64,000 nucleotides of DNA, taken from IMG/VR virus record IMGVR_UViG_3300043077_000092; one strand, written 5' to 3'. Below the pieces are notes generated by a model. The model saw only the letters and a list, made by a program, of their open reading frames with translations. It was not told the origin of the DNA and made no database searches. A program made the translations under genes and the position numbers. Below, piece by piece: positions 1-11,441 of this stretch (position 1 is the stretch's first letter; each line of letters begins with the position of its first letter). Source of the stretch: a virus. Its lineage: Duplodnaviria; Caudoviricetes.

Positions 1-3000
1 GATAGGCCTACCACCATCAAGTCCACCAGAACCACCATTAGCATACTCGTTATAGAATCCCTTCGCATATGCGACACGCTTATCAATACGGGGCCATGAA
101 GCACGTTCAACTGCTGCCTCAAACTGCCTTGTAGCAGTATCAACATCTGTCGAGTTCTTCCAAGCATCGAATGTGGTAGGCGTTGTACCAGCTACCTCAA
201 AGTTGGTTTTCCCTGCGGCGCCATGTCCTACATTAGAACCATAGGTTGCTTTCTTGTTGAAGTATGCAACAGATGAATCTGGTAATTCAGTGGCAAGGTA
301 TCCAATCTGAGGTTCAATGGTGTACCATTGTGCACCCATCTTATTAGCGTAATTCTTAAGATTAGCGAATCGTCCAGTCTCCCATTGGAATATACCATGG
401 GCTACTGCACTATCACTCTTACCAGATTCTGGATTAATACCAGACTCCTGTTGAGCATTACCAAGAATAGCTGCTGTTGCTGCTTTGGAATATCCGTTCT
501 GTGTAAAGTAGTTCCAAATCTTCTGGGCATTAGATGAACCAGTAACACTAGCTGCATCAATTGTTGTACCCGTATAAGCTGAACTATCAGATGAAGAACT
601 ATCATAACTTCCACTAGAAGTTGATGTTGAGGTTGATGAATCATCACTCGTATCAAGACCAAATGCTTTCTTGATTGGGCTTATTGCAGCATCTGCTAAT
701 CCACTTAATAATTCAGTGAAACTACTAAATGAACTTCCTGATGAAGAAGATGCTACGGATGAAGATGACGACGAATCCGTATAGGAAACATCTGCCGTAC
801 TAGAACCATCAACTGCATATGATGATAATGCATTATCTCCTGCGGCACCGCATCTCCAAATTGTCTTATATGCACTATGACCAGATACTGTAGGAACGGC
901 ACTGTTACAAGACTTATCAGAACCGCAGTTATAAACATAATGCTGTCCATTCTGGTTATATGCAAATATTTCAGTATGTCCAGTTATACCAAGGATATCA
1001 CCCTCCTTCAAGTTATCCCAACCGGGCCAGTTGTAAGGAGTAAATCCAGTAGCTTTCATTGTTGAGTTTCCAGCATTCTGGACATCAGAAGAAGTTAAGT
1101 TCTTTCCTTCATCCATTACACCGAAGTACTTCAAACATGTCTGAACATATCCTGAGCAGTCAGTACGTACCTTAATAGAACGTCCACCAACTGTAATCGT
1201 TGTATATCGAGACTGAGAATATCCAAGTTGTTGAGCTGCTATTGCTTGCTTAACTGCTCTAACGATAGATATCCACTTAGATAGTGCCGTAGTTGCAACA
1301 TTTGTTGATGTTGAATCATCATCTGTATCAGATGCATATACTGTTGCACCGCGTCCACCTCTTAAGAGTCTTGATGCAGTACGTTTAGCACCACTGCCAA
1401 AACCACCTGCTTGTCCACCGAACGACCAAGCTCCAGTTGTATCGTTCATAACATCGGACATTCTGTATTCACCAGAGTATTCTTTACCTCTTGGATCATT
1501 GATGATTACATTATTTCCATCTATTCCAGTCGCTGTTACATAGTGACCTTCTGATGTATATGGGCTATTGTTTGAACCGCCTTTTGCGCCCTGTAATATA
1601 ACAGGATTTCCATTTGCAAGAGAGGTTTGTACTGACTCTGCTGTTGGAGAAACCTGCTGATTTGGAATACCAAGAGCATTTCCAGCAGCACTAAAGTATC
1701 CCGGTGTTGTACCAACACTGGTACTGTAGCCACCGTCTTCAGCCATTCGAGCCATTGTAGCAGGGTTATAATCTCTACCAGTGAATTTAGATGCAACCAT
1801 TGCCATTGCAGTAGGTCCGCAACCACTATCACCGATTGTATCATCACCACTACCAAAACCACCTGTCTGCCTGTACGGTTTATTCTTATATCTAGGATCA
1901 TTCTGAGAGTAATAAGGCATTCCATTGAGTTCTTCTCCAGAACCACCTTTTCCTCCAACTGGACGACCACCATCGTTTCCACCTCGACCGAGGTTCATGA
2001 TAGCAGTTCCTGCTGAATTTACCTTGTCTGATACCCAGTTAAGTGCACTAGATGCACCAGATTTAACCGTACTTGCTGCGTTTGATACACCCTCTTTTAC
2101 GTTGTCTACTGTATCAGATACACCTTCTTTTATATTGTCAACAGCATCACCAACGAAATCGAATGCATTCTTTACACTTCGTACAATTCCTACATAAACC
2201 CACATTACCTTCTTAATGATAGAGGACAGTACGCTACCAACTACATCATCATCGCTTGTAGCCATGGATTCGTTATCCCAACCACTAAGGTCTTTATCTG
2301 GGTCAGTGTATTGATTTAACTTAGATACGAATGTACTAACTGATGTGCCGTAATCTTTTACGGCTGTAACTTTTTCTCCGATGAAAGATTTAATCTTCTT
2401 ACCAACGGAAGTTACCATTGCAAGAGGTGTGAGTAATACTTTCTCAACACCCAATACAGCGTTTGCAAAACTACCGACTGGGTTACCCTCTTCATCTACT
2501 TCTGCATATCCCTTTAATCCTTCTACATCTCCTGATATAGCAAGACTTCCAAGGTCTGTAGAACCTGTAATGATTTGAGATCCCGTTGATGCTACTGTAG
2601 TAACAATTCCCTTTACTCCCTCGACAATCTTCTTACCACCAGCTACTACAAGAGCTAACGGATAGTGGAAGATACGGGATACTCCAACCATTGCACTTAC
2701 AAATCCAGATACTGGATTATCTTCCGAAGTCGTAACTTCGTAATTTCCGAGACCGTCCAAATCTCCAGATAGAGAAAGTTGATTCAAAGTGGAGACATTT
2801 GTACTATAATCGGTAGCAGCACTCTTAACTCCAGAGATAATTCCCTTTACTCCCTCGACAATCTTCTTACCACCAGCTACTACAAGAGCTACTGGGTAAT
2901 TGAATACTCTAGTTACTCCGAGTAAACCAGATACAAGTCCGCCTAATGGGTCATCTTCAGAAGTAGATATTTCGTAACTAGACAAACCTGCTACATCACC

Positions 3001-6000
3001 TGAACGAGCTAATTGATTAATATTAGCAAGGTTTGTACTATAATCAGAGAATACAGTCTTTCCTGTGTTAAGAAGCTTGCCAACTCCGTCAGCAATTGCT
3101 CTACCAACTTTCTTAAGTATTCCTGCAACTAAAAGCTTCGGGAACATAGTAAATTTAGCAATATTGAGAACGCCACCAACGATACCGTGGAATGGATTAT
3201 CCTCATCAACTGTATTTACATCTGATTTGAAGTAATCTGCAAAACTATTGTCCTTATTATAGAAGTTATCTTCAATTGTCTTATATCCAGTTGCAAGTCC
3301 CTTAGCCGCATCTACGCCAGATTTAGCAATGTTGCTTATAGAAGAACCTACATTACTGAATATCTCCTTACCTTTGTTGAATACAGTTGATACTCCAGTA
3401 CTAATTGCCTCTTTAGCAGTACTAATACCACCAGAAACAGCTTGACCAACCTTACTATTTTTAATAGCAGAACCAACTCCAGTAACTTTATCCTTAACCC
3501 AAGAACCAGCACCAGATACAGCACTAACGACTGTTGAACCAGCTTTCTTAAGTCCAGAACCAACTCCTTTAACTGCATTTCCAATTCCTTTACCGACACC
3601 TTTGACAGCATCAAATCCTCTCTTAAAGAGAGACTTATTGGTATTAGAATTGTACTCACTTCTCGTTGTAGACAAATCAGATGCTTTAAAGTCTTCGAGG
3701 GACATTGCCTCTTGACCTTGTTCCTCTGTACTCTTAACGTACGCTTCGTATTCTTTCTCAACGTAATCCTCATATCCCTTTGTGAAGTCTTCCTGTTTTG
3801 CATCAAGTGCCGCAGCATCTTCATCATCAGAGAATAATTTATACGTATATGAAGCAATTACCTTGATAAAGTTCATACCAAGGATTTCATAAATCATACT
3901 ATTGATAAAATCGATAATAGAACCAACTGTTGTACTCATAAGACCACTGAATACAGCAGAAATGAGTCTCATCTTGGTATCTACGTCTTCCGAATTAACC
4001 TCAAAGAGATATCCCGCATTAGCAGCACCATTGACGACACCATATACCGCAAATCCAACGTCGAGTGCAATTGCAACAGTACGTCCACTGATTTTACCCA
4101 TAAAATTAGCAATCTTCTCTTTAAATCCTGCAAGAACATCGCTCTTGAAGAATTTCTCAGAGAGCATCTTTGTTATATCATCAAAACTACTAACTGGAAT
4201 ATTAAGACCAAGTTTCTCTCCAGCGGCAGCTAATTTAGATATAAGGAATTCTATTGCACTCTTACCTTTTTCAATAAAGGTTTGAATGACTTTAGAATCA
4301 CCAACTTGTTTAACCGCATTATCTGCAACTTTAGTTATACTAGATACAGCGTTATCCGCAACACCTACAACTTTACCTGCAACCTTCTGAGCAGTACCAG
4401 CTTCGCTTGCGAATGCTGAACCAGCAGCTTTTAGAGCATTATAATCTCTACCAGAAGTTACGAAGTTAGTTGCCGCAGTCTTAGCTGCGGATACAGCAGT
4501 TGATGCAACTTTCTTAGTACCCTTAACAACCGCCTTACCTGCTTTACTATTAAGAGCTTTATCGACTTTCTTAATACCATACGACAATCCCTTACCAGCA
4601 AGTTTTACAGTTGTACCAGAAGTACCAGTCCATTCTTTCTTATTCTCCCACTTACCAGTTTCAGTATCAATTCTAGTTCTAGTAGGAGTAAGAGCCGCAC
4701 TAATACGACTAACTTTATTTGTTTCTGTAACGAGATTTCCATCTTCATCGTATACAAGATTTCCATCATCATCAACCTGATAAGTAGTTTCCTCTCCAGT
4801 AGCGACTGATTCACCCTGAGTTATTTTCTCTTTGAGATTATTAATTGCACCACTAATTCCACCAATCTCAGACCAACCATCTGTAACGGTTTTTGCTAAG
4901 CTTACTAATAAGTCACCAAGTTTAAGGTTCTTGAATAACTTAATGAAGATTGGAAGTAATGCAATAATACCAGCCGTAATTAAACCTTTCTTGCTGAATA
5001 TGCTACTAAAGAGTGACTTATGTTCTTCAGTACTCTCAGAGGTTCTACCAAGATAAGTAAGCATCTTTGTTCTAAACTCAGATTCTTCTTTGTCTTTATC
5101 TGCCGCAGCAAATCTTGAAAGAAGAGAGGTTCTTGAGCCTTTATCAACCTGAGATTGTCTATTGGCAATCTTCTCACTCATCTTATCTCTGAAGTTACCG
5201 ATTGCAGAACCACCTGTAGCCTCGACATTGTCTGTCTTATCGGTATCATCATCGGCAGGTCCACCAGCGGTTAAGTTTGTACTAACTGAAGTATCTCCTG
5301 CATTATTGTCTATCATATCTGGTTTAGTAGGAGTTCCTTCTTCACCACCACCAAGACCAAATAAATCTGGCAATGCACCAGCTTTCATTACGCTTACACT
5401 ACCAAGAGCTTTCATAATATTCCTGATAGCAGATTTAGTTACTCCATCTACAATTACATGAAGTTTGGATTGTTTCTTACGTCCAAATCCACCAGTAAAG
5501 TCAGATACAGAAGTACTTATTGGAGCTGGCTTGATAGGCTTGATTGGTTTACCGCCATCATTACCACCAGAACCGCCAAGTCCCTTAACTTCCTTCACTT
5601 TCTTTACAGTCTTTACTAAATCAAGTGTACCACTATCTACGATAACGTGCTGAACTTTACCTCTACCTAATAGTCCTTTGCCAGCACCACTGAGTAATTT
5701 AAACGGTGCAGATGCAACATTTCCAACGACATTGAGCGCTGTTTTTCCTACAGCTTTTGCGCCAGTCCATAATCCTTTAAGAGCTTCGGCTCCAATCAAT
5801 CCCACTGATTTGAGGATACTACCAAGCCCAGACATTGCTCCGCCAACCAATTGACCAAATCCCTTAGCGGCTCCAGCTATTGTATTTCCGATTGCTTGTA
5901 CACTATCAACTACAACCGAACCAGCAACCTTTAATCCATCTCCGAGTAGAGATACTCCTGTCTTTAATACTTCTCCGATAGCAGGTAATGCTGAACGAAT

Positions 6001-9000
6001 AGCAGACAGTGCTGTATGAGCTATATCAAGAGGTAACTTGACAAGTTCTTTTAATATACTTCCAACGCCCTTTGCAATTCCACCAAGACCACTTATTAAA
6101 GACTTACCAGCTTTTGATAAAAGCCCACCAATGTTCGTAATCCTCTTTACGAATGAATGACCAATATCTGCAATCTTTCTAAACGGTGCAGTTATAATAT
6201 TTCCAATTGCTTGGAACGGACGATTTAATGCTGTACGAATCCTACCAAAGAATCCAACATAAGACTTATTATTATCTCCCTTGATATCTTCGTCTTTCTC
6301 ACCAAATTTCTTCAATAAGAGTCTGTAAATCTTATTGATGTTACTACCAACACCATTCAACTGACCATATACAGAATTTGCAATTTGAGATACATCTTTC
6401 TTTACGCTAGTATAGAAATCGGAGTCAATTTTAGGTGCAGAATAATTCTGACTCTTTGATGTACCTTGTGACTTAGAACTCTGATCAGCAGGAGATACAG
6501 ATACTTTCGTATTATCTGGTTCATATCCGCTTGTAGTTTCAGATTTCTTAGTCTTATTCTTAAATGCACCGGTTGTATTACTCTTTGCAGATGCATTAGG
6601 CGACGTTGCATTAGTAGACTTAGTCTTAAACTTATCTACAACACTTTCTGGGATTGACCAAGACTCACCATTCTTAGTAGCCTGAATCTCACCGGACTTT
6701 ATCATACGTCTAACTTCAGCTCTACTTAATCCAGTACGTCTAGCAAATTCACTTGCAGAAATACCGCTTGGTTGATTTGTAGATACCTTAGTTGCTGACG
6801 AATTAGTTCCACCAGTAGGTGGTGTATAAGAAGGTGCAGAAACAGATGTACCATTTCTGATAGCCATATCCTTTGCAGCAACTCTAGCTCTAACAGCAGC
6901 CTGTTCTCTGGCTTGACGTTCATATCTTTCGACAGTCTGACCACGCTCATAATAAGCACCTTGGTCACTAAACTGAGCAGCATTTCGTTTATCTTTGTCA
7001 TATTTCTCTTTGTTCATCTTTGACCAGAGACTTACTCTCTCTGGAGTTTTACGAAGACGAGCAAAGAATCCTAACTTCTTACCGTTCTCATCAGTTAATA
7101 GAGCATCTCTGTCTGATTTATACTTCTCGTCAACTCCCTGCTCATATCCTTTGACTCCACGTTTCTTCTGTCCTTCATAAGCGGATTTACCTACACCACT
7201 TATTGCTCTAAACGGAGCCGCTATAATATTACCGATGATCTTACCAAGACCACCAAAAATTTTGCTTAAAGTATTCTTCAAAGGTTGAATGAAATGTTTA
7301 TCAACCGCTTCACCAATTGGTTTTGTTATGTTTGTATGAATAGATTCTTTGACGGAATTAAATAATCCGTCTACTTTCTTTTTGATTACTCCACCAAGAT
7401 GCTTTGCTTCAGTTACAATTGGATCGATTGCATACTTAAATGGGATAACCATGTTCTCTTCAACAAATCCCATTATATGGTTTTGGGCGATTTTAACTGA
7501 TTTAGCAAGAGGAGTAAATAACTTTTCCTTTGTAAAATCTGTAAACTTAGTGAGAACTCCACCCTTTCGTTTTCCAGTACCGTCATCTTCTCCAAAGAAC
7601 CAAGTCTTGAATTTATCAGTTGCAGTACCAACGGATAAAGCAGAGCCTAATAATGCATTAAGAATGGGACCACCCGGTAAGAAGAATGAACCAACAAGAC
7701 CTACACCAGCGCCAATACCAGCGTCTATTGCAAGTCCTTTCATGTTCTTATCTTTACCGAATATCTGCTTTAACTTAGCAGTAATTCCACCAGTAGGATT
7801 ATCCTTTGTACCACCTTCTCCATATAAGAGGTTCTGGAACTCAGTCGTCTTTGTTGCAAGCGATACAGCTCCACCAACAAGTGCTCCACCAATTGGACCA
7901 CCCGGGAAGAAGAACGAAGGTAATAGACCATAAGTTGCAGCTAATCCACCAAGACTACCAACTGTTATACCCGTCTTATTATTCTTGAAGAAATCCTGTA
8001 CTTCCTTGGTGATAAGCCCACCGGTACGATAAGTATTGCCGTTTTCGTCTTGATCTTCAGGTCCAAATAAGTAATTCTTTAAACCTGTTGATTTAGATGC
8101 AATACCAATTCCTGCTCCGAGTAATGCTCCACCAATCGGACCACCCGGTAAAAACATAGAGCCAAGTAATCCCATATGTCTATGGAATACCATGGTTCCA
8201 ACGGCACCAAGTACAGCAGATGCACCAACGTATCCTTTCTGACCTTTCATATCCTCTTTGAACTGCTTTACGAATTCTGAAGAGTTTCCAGTCTGTCCAA
8301 ATACGTTATCAGAGAATTCATTTGTACGTTCTTTTAATCTATCAAATACTGCATCTATTCCAGTAGAAATTCTTGTACCAAGACTTTCTTTTGGTTTATC
8401 TGCATCTAATCCAATAGCTGAACTAACAGATGAAGTTACGTTATTGAACATACGTTTTATATTTCCAACAACGCTATTATCCTGCTCAAGTGGTAAAGGT
8501 TTTCCATCAGGTCCTTTCTCACCTAAGATGACAATCTTAACATTAGCCCCCATATTCTTCAGTTCATTTGCAGTTTCACTAAATAAACCACCTGAACGAA
8601 GTCCATCAGAACCTTTTTCTCCTAAAAGGAAAGTGCCAGCTTTACTGGTTAAATCTTTAAACTTTGAAGATACGGTTTTCCAGAATTCAGTCTGTTTAAT
8701 CTTATTAAAGAGACCATCATCTCCAAATAAAGACTCCTCTAAAGGAGATATAATCTTTGCATCGATGAATGTAGAGAATTTAACAAATCCAGCTTTTAAT
8801 GTACCAACCGTCTTGTCAAATATTGCACGGATACCTCTCTGACCATTCTCATCGCCAAATACGATGGCGAATAAAGCACTATCTGCCTTTTTGAATGCAT
8901 CAGTTACTACATTCTTGGATTTATCAACTCCACTATTCAAGTGAGCTAAAATCTTACCAAGCCCAGTATCTTCTGGTACCATGCTGAGAAGTTGAGCGAA

Positions 9001-11346
9001 TGCTCCGGGTTTTGAATCCTTTACACTCTTATTTGCAGTATGGTAAGCAGATGCGTGTGATTTGGCTTGATCGAGATTAAATTCATCGCTTACATCAAGC
9101 TTACCATTCTGCTTATCTTTCTCACGTTTTTCACTTGTATATGATGAAGTTTTGTCCCTTGGTCTAGTAGATTCATATCTATCTTTGTCAGTTCTAAATG
9201 ACGTAATGACATCTCTACGTCTTGCAGATATTGCATCTACAAAAGAGTTACTCGGTTCACCCTCTCCATTACCTGAGCTACGATTCCGTTTACCGCCGAC
9301 TGGTACTACATATATACCAGTATTGAGGGTCTGTAAAATCTCTCTAAGGTAATAAGTCTGATTATGACCAAATTTATCAGTTACACCACTAGCGATACCA
9401 GATGTGGCGCCAATAATAGTCGTACCGTCTTTTGCATAATTTAAGTGAGAGTCTGTAAAGGAGCCATTTGCTTTGCCTTTACCACTCTTACTATGCTCGC
9501 CTAATCCAGTATTCATATACATGGTATTATATTTAACTGGATCAGCCTGCATTTCTCTCATGGTACGGTCTACAAGAGCACGTTGTTCCTGAGGAAGACG
9601 TCCGAATAAAGCAGTAAGTTTGGCATTGTCAACACCAACCATACCTTCTAAGTATGCACGAACTAATTTAACGCTGGCATCTTCTGATGAAGTTTTACCC
9701 ATCAAATCACGAATATCATCTCTACCAGCTTCTTTGCCACTACGTCCACCTTTACGGAAAGTTCTACCACCAGCAGAATCCATTGTAAGCTTAACTAAGA
9801 ACTTCTCAAAATCTTCTGAGAACTGTTCTCTCTGCTTTCTATCAGCCGCTACATTCTGTTCAAGAAACTCTTTAAACTCTGCTTTATAATCAGAATATAA
9901 AGAAGTCTTTCTGGAGATATCATCTTTCTTAAACTGGGTTTCCATATCACGTAACTTCGTGAATGTACCCTTCTCATAATCAAATACTAATTCCTCTGAA
10001 CCAGAGATAGATGAATGAATTTTCCTCAATAAAGTTGGAATAACATTGGTGAGTGCCTGATGGTCTGTACCTGTCCAAGATGTTGCACCTTTATTATACG
10101 CGCCCTTATCAACCGAGGAAATAGAAATCTTATTTTGTACTCCGAATATTTTACCAATTGCATTAAGAACCGCATTATCAGATCTCTGTAATCCAGATAC
10201 CTGATTTAAAGCTGCAATGGCTGTTTCCTTCAACTGGTTATCAAATTCTGTAATAACCGACTTTACTGTATTTGGAATAAGTTGCTTTGTAATAGCTTTT
10301 GGAATAAAAGATAATGGATTCTGAGCCATCATCTTAAGAGTATCTTTTTCACCAGCTACGAACTTGAGCTGAGAAAGAATCATGTTGCTATCAATGTAGT
10401 TATTGAGCTGCTTTTGCACAAGTTTCTTATAGGCTTCACCATTAATGCTTCCACCCATAGAGAACATTTCCATTACGTCATTATAGTCACGGAATTTTCT
10501 TGTATTGATTTCTGTATTAGGAGCCTGAGCTTTAACAGCTTCCAATATCTGAGTCTGAAGACTGATACTGTCCTCATAATACTTTGCAGATAACGCTGAA
10601 CTCTTTGAAAGAGTATCTCCAACTACCGTTGCTATAGTAGCTACGTTTCCATTAATTGCAGATAACGATGCATTGAGTTCGTTACGCATACCACCAAGAG
10701 CAGTATACATTGCTCTTGTATTTGCCTTATCATAATCTACAATAGCTCTACCAACATTAACCATCGTTTCTGTCTGATAGTTCGTAGCCTGATATAAGGC
10801 ACTGTCTTCACCGAGATTAGTATTTACAACGATACTAGTAGCTTCGTTGTTACCACCTTTCTTACGGTGAAACGATGCATGAGTCTCTCCATCTGAAGAG
10901 TCTAAAGATCCACTGAAGTCATCTTCTCCAGCATCGAAATCTTCAAAATCTCCCCAATCATCACCCATGTCCATCATGTCGTCGTTCATATCACTGAAGA
11001 ACTTATCTGCTCTTTCTTTATTATAGAACTTACCAGACTTCAAGTCTTCCAGTGAATTCTTGAATACCTCTCTACCTAATCCAACGTAGTAGTTACGGTC
11101 AACTGCGTTCTTTAGAGTATTAGCAGAGGATCTCGTCTTTTTAATCGCTTCAACTGCATCTTTACCTGCTGATGCTGTAGTCTTTGCGACATCAATCGTA
11201 GATGGCATTAATTCAGAAAGTACATCAAAGGTTGAATATCCTACAGACTTAACTGCATTTGCTACCCAAGAACCAGACCTCTGAGCAACATTACGAGTTT
11301 TCGTAGTAGGTTTCTTGACGTACTTACTAAGACTATCTCTTGCCAT
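1..11346 (-). CDS. Giant tape-measure / tail-associated lysin (phiKZ gp181-like), partial, runs off window; >=3782 codons
   Basis: ATG at 11346 after GAAAGGAAGTGAG (MARDSLSKYVKK...). Same frame still open at base 1 (...YNEYANGGSGGLDGGRPI), and the track reports no ORF in this frame, as expected if there is no in-window stop. DHQALTNVIPTLLRKI resembles the phiKZ-type TMP motif; Gly/Ala helical repeats; C39-like (GCGPTAMAM..GHYV..INDP, ~1450-1930), NlpC/P60-like (DCSG..GHTEI, ~900-1300) and tail lysozyme-like (GNAQQESG..GIFQW..VERA, ~40-520) domains. Confidence 0.85.
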   Translation of the reverse strand, partial: MARDSLSKYVKKPTTKTRNVAQRSGSWVANAVKSVGYSTFDVLSELMPSTIDVAKTTASAGKDAVEAIKKTRSSANTLKNAVDRNYYVGLGREVFKNSLEDLKSGKFYNKERADKFFSDMNDDMMDMGDDWGDFEDFDAGEDDFSGSLDSSDGETHASFHRKKGGNNEATSIVVNTNLGEDSALYQATNYQTETMVNVGRAIVDYDKANTRAMYTALGGMRNELNASLSAINGNVATIATVVGDTLSKSSALSAKYYEDSISLQTQILEAVKAQAPNTEINTRKFRDYNDVMEMFSMGGSINGEAYKKLVQKQLNNYIDSNMILSQLKFVAGEKDTLKMMAQNPLSFIPKAITKQLIPNTVKSVITEFDNQLKETAIAALNQVSGLQRSDNAVLNAIGKIFGVQNKISISSVDKGAYNKGATSWTGTDHQALTNVIPTLLRKIHSSISGSEELVFDYEKGTFTKLRDMETQFKKDDISRKTSLYSDYKAEFKEFLEQNVAADRKQREQFSEDFEKFLVKLTMDSAGGRTFRKGGRSGKEAGRDDIRDLMGKTSSEDASVKLVRAYLEGMVGVDNAKLTALFGRLPQEQRALVDRTMREMQADPVKYNTMYMNTGLGEHSKSGKGKANGSFTDSHLNYAKDGTTIIGATSGIASGVTDKFGHNQTYYLREILQTLNTGIYVVPVGGKRNRSSGNGEGEPSNSFVDAISARRRDVITSFRTDKDRYESTRPRDKTSSYTSEKREKDKQNGKLDVSDEFNLDQAKSHASAYHTANKSVKDSKPGAFAQLLSMVPEDTGLGKILAHLNSGVDKSKNVVTDAFKKADSALFAIVFGDENGQRGIRAIFDKTVGTLKAGFVKFSTFIDAKIISPLEESLFGDDGLFNKIKQTEFWKTVSSKFKDLTSKAGTFLLGEKGSDGLRSGGLFSETANELKNMGANVKIVILGEKGPDGKPLPLEQDNSVVGNIKRMFNNVTSSVSSAIGLDADKPKESLGTRISTGIDAVFDRLKERTNEFSDNVFGQTGNSSEFVKQFKEDMKGQKGYVGASAVLGAVGTMVFHRHMGLLGSMFLPGGPIGGALLGAGIGIASKSTGLKNYLFGPEDQDENGNTYRTGGLITKEVQDFFKNNKTGITVGSLGGLAATYGLLPSFFFPGGPIGGALVGGAVSLATKTTEFQNLLYGEGGTKDNPTGGITAKLKQIFGKDKNMKGLAIDAGIGAGVGLVGSFFLPGGPILNALLGSALSVGTATDKFKTWFFGEDDGTGKRKGGVLTKFTDFTKEKLFTPLAKSVKIAQNHIMGFVEENMVIPFKYAIDPIVTEAKHLGGVIKKKVDGLFNSVKESIHTNITKPIGEAVDKHFIQPLKNTLSKIFGGLGKIIGNIIAAPFRAISGVGKSAYEGQKKRGVKGYEQGVDEKYKSDRDALLTDENGKKLGFFARLRKTPERVSLWSKMNKEKYDKDKRNAAQFSDQGAYYERGQTVERYERQAREQAAVRARVAAKDMAIRNGTSVSAPSYTPPTGGTNSSATKVSTNQPSGISASEFARRTGLSRAEVRRMIKSGEIQATKNGESWSIPESVVDKFKTKSTNATSPNASAKSNTTGAFKNKTKKSETTSGYEPDNTKVSVSPADQSSKSQGTSKSQNYSAPKIDSDFYTSVKKDVSQIANSVYGQLNGVGSNINKIYRLLLKKFGEKDEDIKGDNNKSYVGFFGRIRTALNRPFQAIGNIITAPFRKIADIGHSFVKRITNIGGLLSKAGKSLISGLGGIAKGVGSILKELVKLPLDIAHTALSAIRSALPAIGEVLKTGVSLLGDGLKVAGSVVVDSVQAIGNTIAGAAKGFGQLVGGAMSGLGSILKSVGLIGAEALKGLWTGAKAVGKTALNVVGNVASAPFKLLSGAGKGLLGRGKVQHVIVDSGTLDLVKTVKKVKEVKGLGGSGGNDGGKPIKPIKPAPISTSVSDFTGGFGRKKQSKLHVIVDGVTKSAIRNIMKALGSVSVMKAGALPDLFGLGGGEEGTPTKPDMIDNNAGDTSVSTNLTAGGPADDDTDKTDNVEATGGSAIGNFRDKMSEKIANRQSQVDKGSRTSLLSRFAAADKDKEESEFRTKMLTYLGRTSESTEEHKSLFSSIFSKKGLITAGIIALLPIFIKLFKNLKLGDLLVSLAKTVTDGWSEIGGISGAINNLKEKITQGESVATGEETTYQVDDDGNLVYDEDGNLVTETNKVSRISAALTPTRTRIDTETGKWENKKEWTGTSGTTVKLAGKGLSYGIKKVDKALNSKAGKAVVKGTKKVASTAVSAAKTAATNFVTSGRDYNALKAAGSAFASEAGTAQKVAGKVVGVADNAVSSITKVADNAVKQVGDSKVIQTFIEKGKSAIEFLISKLAAAGEKLGLNIPVSSFDDITKMLSEKFFKSDVLAGFKEKIANFMGKISGRTVAIALDVGFAVYGVVNGAANAGYLFEVNSEDVDTKMRLISAVFSGLMSTTVGSIIDFINSMIYEILGMNFIKVIASYTYKLFSDDEDAAALDAKQEDFTKGYEDYVEKEYEAYVKSTEEQGQEAMSLEDFKASDLSTTRSEYNSNTNKSLFKRGFDAVKGVGKGIGNAVKGVGSGLKKAGSTVVSAVSGAGSWVKDKVTGVGSAIKNSKVGQAVSGGISTAKEAISTGVSTVFNKGKEIFSNVGSSISNIAKSGVDAAKGLATGYKTIEDNFYNKDNSFADYFKSDVNTVDEDNPFHGIVGGVLNIAKFTMFPKLLVAGILKKVGRAIADGVGKLLNTGKTVFSDYSTNLANINQLARSGDVAGLSSYEISTSEDDPLGGLVSGLLGVTRVFNYPVALVVAGGKKIVEGVKGIISGVKSAATDYSTNVSTLNQLSLSGDLDGLGNYEVTTSEDNPVSGFVSAMVGVSRIFHYPLALVVAGGKKIVEGVKGIVTTVASTGSQIITGSTDLGSLAISGDVEGLKGYAEVDEEGNPVGSFANAVLGVEKVLLTPLAMVTSVGKKIKSFIGEKVTAVKDYGTSVSTFVSKLNQYTDPDKDLSGWDNESMATSDDDVVGSVLSSIIKKVMWVYVGIVRSVKNAFDFVGDAVDNIKEGVSDTVDNVKEGVSNAASTVKSGASSALNWVSDKVNSAGTAIMNLGRGGNDGGRPVGGKGGSGEELNGMPYYSQNDPRYKNKPYRQTGGFGSGDDTIGDSGCGPTAMAMVASKFTGRDYNPATMARMAEDGGYSTSVGTTPGYFSAAGNALGIPNQQVSPTAESVQTSLANGNPVILQGAKGGSNNSPYTSEGHYVTATGIDGNNVIINDPRGKEYSGEYRMSDVMNDTTGAWSFGGQAGGFGSGAKRTASRLLRGGRGATVYASDTDDDSTSTNVATTALSKWISIVRAVKQAIAAQQLGYSQSRYTTITVGGRSIKVRTDCSGYVQTCLKYFGVMDEGKNLTSSDVQNAGNSTMKATGFTPYNWPGWDNLKEGDILGITGHTEIFAYNQNGQHYVYNCGSDKSCNSAVPTVSGHSAYKTIWRCGAAGDNALSSYAVDGSSTADVSYTDSSSSSSVASSSSGSSFSSFTELLSGLADAAISPIKKAFGLDTSDDSSTSTSTSSGSYDSSSSDSSAYTGTTIDAASVTGSSNAQKIWNYFTQNGYSKAATAAILGNAQQESGINPESGKSDSAVAHGIFQWETGRFANLKNYANKMGAQWYTIEPQIGYLATELPDSSVAYFNKKATYGSNVGHGAAGKTNFEVAGTTPTTFDAWKNSTDVDTATRQFEAAVERASWPRIDKRVAYAKGFYNEYANGGSGGLDGGRPI
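2605..2891. repeat. 53-bp exact direct repeat (2605-2657 and 2839-2891) within a ~78-aa repeat array of the tape measure
   Basis: AATTCCCTTTACTCCCTCGACAATCTTCTTACCACCAGCTACTACAAGAGCTA twice, 234 bp apart. Confidence 0.9.
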
Positions 11347-11374
11347 TGTTATCTCACTTCCTTTCAAGTTAGAT

Positions 11375-11386
11375 TAACTTATTGTG
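11375..11386 (-). promoter_or_regulatory. Late-type promoter motif CACA-N6-TA upstream of tape measure
   Basis: Minus strand CACA ATAAGT TA ~30 nt before ATG; resembles AR9 late consensus AACA-N6-TA. Confidence 0.5.
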
Positions 11387-11441
11387 AAAAATAAAAGTGA
11401 GCCAACGGCTTTTATTTTAATCATTATGGGAGTTTAATTGA

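Noticed and set aside
328-9889. Many short ORFs listed in the track across 0.3-9.9 kb
   Set aside because: They are antisense or out-of-frame shadows of the single giant minus-strand ORF 1..11346.
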